From positions 7,564,001-7,628,000 of the forward strand of contig OZ024747.1 in NCBI GenBank assembly GCA_964016885.1: a stretch of 64,000 nucleotides of DNA, in the 5' to 3' direction. The translations under genes were made by a program, and so were the position numbers. This document shows positions 60,955-64,000 of this stretch, piece by piece. Source of the DNA: Eledone cirrhosa (Eukaryota). Position 1 is the first letter of the stretch, and the number at the start of each line of letters is the position of its first letter. The notes under the pieces are model-generated. The model saw only the letters and a program-made list of their open reading frames with translations. It was not told the DNA's origin and did not search any database.

Positions 60955-61221
60955 TTCCCTTGCTTTTATCGAGAATCTAATTGTAATACGTGACGTATTC
61001 TATTCTATAGCGATTAGGTCTTCAAAATGTTTATTATAAACATACAGAATATTTTCGAATACTCTATGTCTATATTCACATATATATCGCTATTTCAGAG
61101 CATTTATTCCAATTTCTAATTTCTGCCGGACCGGCAACCGCTCTTTCAAACCAGTTCCTGTACACAGCTAAGTATTCTATAAGTCTCTAGCTGTGTCATT
61201 CTCGATAAAAGCACTGGATAT

Positions 61222-61264
61222 GTAGTCCTGATGAATTCTAACAAGAATGAAACGCGTAGATTAC
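61222..61264 (+). ncRNA. Type I hammerhead ribozyme, copy 2
   Basis: Identical to copy 1 (+310). Confidence 0.88.
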
Positions 61265-61531
61265 TTCCCTTGCTTTTATCGAGAATCTAATTGTAATACG
61301 TGACGTATTCTATTCTATAGCGATTAGGTCTTCAAAATGTTTATTATAAACATACAGAATATTTTCGAATACTCTATGTCTATATTCACATATATATCGC
61401 TATTTCAGAGCATTTATTCCAATTTCTAATTTCTGCCGGACCGGCAACCGCTCTTTCAAACCAGTTCCTGTACACAGCTAAGTATTCTATAAGTCTCTAG
61501 CTGTGTCATTCTCGATAAAAGCACTGGATAT

Positions 61532-61574
61532 GTAGTCCTGATGAATTCTAACAAGAATGAAACGCGTAGATTAC
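61532..61574 (+). ncRNA. Type I hammerhead ribozyme, copy 3
   Basis: Identical to copy 1 (+620). Confidence 0.88.
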
Positions 61575-61841
61575 TTCCCTTGCTTTTATCGAGAATCTAA
61601 TTGTAATACGTGACGTATTCTATTCTATAGCGATTAGGTCTTCAAAATGTTTATTATAAACATACAGAATATTTTCGAATACTCTATGTCTATATTCACA
61701 TATATATCGCTATTTCAGAGCATTTATTCCAATTTCTAATTTCTGCCGGACCGGCAACCGCTCTTTCAAACCAGTTCCTGTACACAGCTAAGTATTCTAT
61801 AAGTCTCTAGCTGTGTCATTCTCGATAAAAGCACTGGATAT

Positions 61842-61884
61842 GTAGTCCTGATGAATTCTAACAAGAATGAAACGCGTAGATTAC
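61842..61884 (+). ncRNA. Type I hammerhead ribozyme, copy 4
   Basis: Identical to copy 1 (+930). Confidence 0.88.
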
Positions 61885-62151
61885 TTCCCTTGCTTTTATC
61901 GAGAATCTAATTGTAATACGTGACGTATTCTATTCTATAGCGATTAGGTCTTCAAAATGTTTATTATAAACATACAGAATATTTTCGAATACTCTATGTC
62001 TATATTCACATATATATCGCTATTTCAGAGCATTTATTCCAATTTCTAATTTCTGCCGGACCGGCAACCGCTCTTTCAAACCAGTTCCTGTACACAGCTA
62101 AGTATTCTATAAGTCTCTAGCTGTGTCATTCTCGATAAAAGCACTGGATAT

Positions 62152-62194
62152 GTAGTCCTGATGAATTCTAACAAGAATGAAACGCGTAGATTAC
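62152..62194 (+). ncRNA. Type I hammerhead ribozyme, copy 5
   Basis: Identical to copy 1 (+1240). Confidence 0.88.
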
Positions 62195-62314
62195 TTCCCT
62201 TGCTTTTATCGAGAATCTAATTGTAATACGTGACGTATTCTATTCTATAGCGATTAGGTCTTCAAAATGTTTATTATAAACATACAGAATATTTTCGAAT
62301 ACTCTATGTCTATA

Positions 62315-62362
<48 letters not shown>

Positions 62363-63655
62363 CATACATACATACTTGGCAGTTAATTTGTTTATGGTGG
62401 ATGTTATTTTATTATGTTAAAAGTAGTATCTTATGACTGAGCAGTTGTACTTGTGTGATAGATCTTAGTTCAGGTATGTGGTATTCATTTACTATTATTT
62501 TGTTCCATTGTTGGATGAAGTTTGTGAGAGAACCACAACAGAAATACAAACCCTCCATCTCAATTTTACTTTTGAAAATCATAAGAACTGTGAAACTGGC
62601 GAAGTAAATAGATATTCTTAAAAGACTCCAGTTGCATTTTCAACTTTTTTTCCTTATATATATATAAATATATAATTGTATGCTATGTGATGCACTAATT
62701 GGTGTGAAAGAATTGTAGTAATTTGATAATGGAGGCCAACAGAAACGGGGCAGTCATGTTTTTTTCTCCACACCTTAATGAAACCCTTGACAAAAGAAGG
62801 TTCATGAAATTAAACATAGCTTGCTACACTGATGTATGTTGGGATACAATAAAGCAATTTAAATAGTAGATCTATTGTTATAATCACCATTGCTATCCTC
62901 AAATAGGAGAAGAGGTTAATGTTTTTGTTATGAAAATTGTGTTCTTTTAGGATTCTCACTCCTCTCCTCTTCTCTCTCTCTTTCTCCACTCTCTGATTCT
63001 GTGCTGAGTTGAAAATCTCTTGGCATTGGCATTACTGTTCATACTTTAAGAGTATATGGCCAGAATTATTCAAACTTTGTTACCCCTCCTTCCTAAACAA
63101 AATCTTGACCCTAATCCAAAGTAAGAAATCAATATTATGATTATTCTAAACCAATCGGAAACAAGCTTCCCTCTATGAAGAGATCAATCTGAATTACATG
63201 GGGTTGCTACTACTCTGATGATGATTTGTAACTTTGGCACATTTGATCAAGTCCGGGCCTTATTTTATCAACCCCTGGGAAGATTAAAGATAAGGTCAAA
63301 CACCAGCAGTATCTGAACTTGGGATATAAATAGATGTGACTAAATATCACAGGGCATTTTGTCTGCTGCTCTGATGAATCCAGTCAACTACATCACTATT
63401 ACTACTACTAAACTCAATTTCAAACTTTATTACAAAGCTGTTGCTACTTTGTTACTAAGATATATGGAGCTACATGGGTGCATGTAGTTACCCTTGTGTC
63501 AGTTGAACTTATGTTTATTTTAAACACTGACTGGTCACTGTTCTTCAACTGATGTCCGTTTGCCATCAGGAAGTTTTTTTTGTTTTTTTTTTAAATACTT
63601 TTTTTATTTGGTTTGGTGAGAAGGGGTTTTGCTCATAGAAATTGGGTGCAATTAA

Positions 63656-63874
63656 CCCTTTAGCATTTACATTACTCTATATTTACTATCATATTTTCAC
63701 AGTAATTGTTTTACCTTACGTAATTATCTCACATAATATTGAACCTATCAGATTTTGATATTATTTATTTTGAGAACAATACCTTAACATCAGTATGACA
63801 GTATGAGCAGCTGGTTTCAGCCGGTTTGAACAGAAACAGATGAGAGAATTCTGGCCGGTTTAAATGCTAAAGGG
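63656..63874. mobile_element. piggyBac-type MITE
   Basis: 14-bp perfect terminal inverted repeats CCCTTTAGCATTTA / TAAATGCTAAAGGG flanked by TTAA on both sides (63652-63655 and 63875-63878). Confidence 0.8.
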
Positions 63875-64000
63875 TTAATGCTTCTCTTGAATAGTTGCAA
63901 CTTGATTGCAACAGAAAAACGATGGGCAAGGAAGGGGGTTTTCAGAAGATCAACATTTTGGTAAGGAAGGAATGGATGTAGTGGTTAAGTGTGGAATCAG

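Larger units (their letters stand above)
60738..62318 (+). repeat. Tandem array: 5 x 310-bp units plus 31-bp partial, each unit with a hammerhead ribozyme (retrozyme / non-autonomous Penelope-like element)
   Basis: AATATTTTCGAATACTC starts at 60738, 61048, 61358, 61668, 61978 and 62288 (period 310); units look identical by eye; flanked by (TA)n on both sides. Confidence 0.95.

Noticed and set aside
60738-62318. CRISPR array or rRNA/snRNA tandem gene cluster
   Set aside because: Units are identical with no variable spacers, the context is eukaryotic, and I recognise no 5S, snRNA or tRNA sequence; the hammerhead explains the structure.

Overview
AT-rich, repeat-dense eukaryotic genomic DNA, most likely an octopus/cephalopod (inferred from the SINE families and microsatellite landscape). 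The only host gene I can support is the 5' part of a minus-strand O-GlcNAcase (OGA/MGEA5, GH84): 7 coding exons, all with GT-AG sites and consistent phases, running off the left edge. Its ~30 kb first intron is mostly strand-polarised, interrupted (TA)n and contains a 200-N gap. Upstream of OGA are an intact-ORF R4/Dong-type retrotransposon sitting in (TAA)n, a decayed Ingi/Vingi LINE, CRE, RTE and CR1 fragments, tRNA-SINEs and MITEs. The most notable feature is at 60.6-62.3 kb: five apparently identical 310-bp tandem units inside (TA)n, each carrying a type I hammerhead ribozyme with a minimal palindromic stem III, preceded by an inverted partial copy. This is a retrozyme / non-autonomous Penelope-like element predicted to release 310-nt self-cleaved, possibly circular, RNAs. 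Two unrelated hammerhead-like motifs lie at ~16.9 kb and ~54.2 kb. All long Y/I/C/M/V-rich ORFs in the ORF track are microsatellite artefacts. Family assignments come from motif recognition, not database searches.
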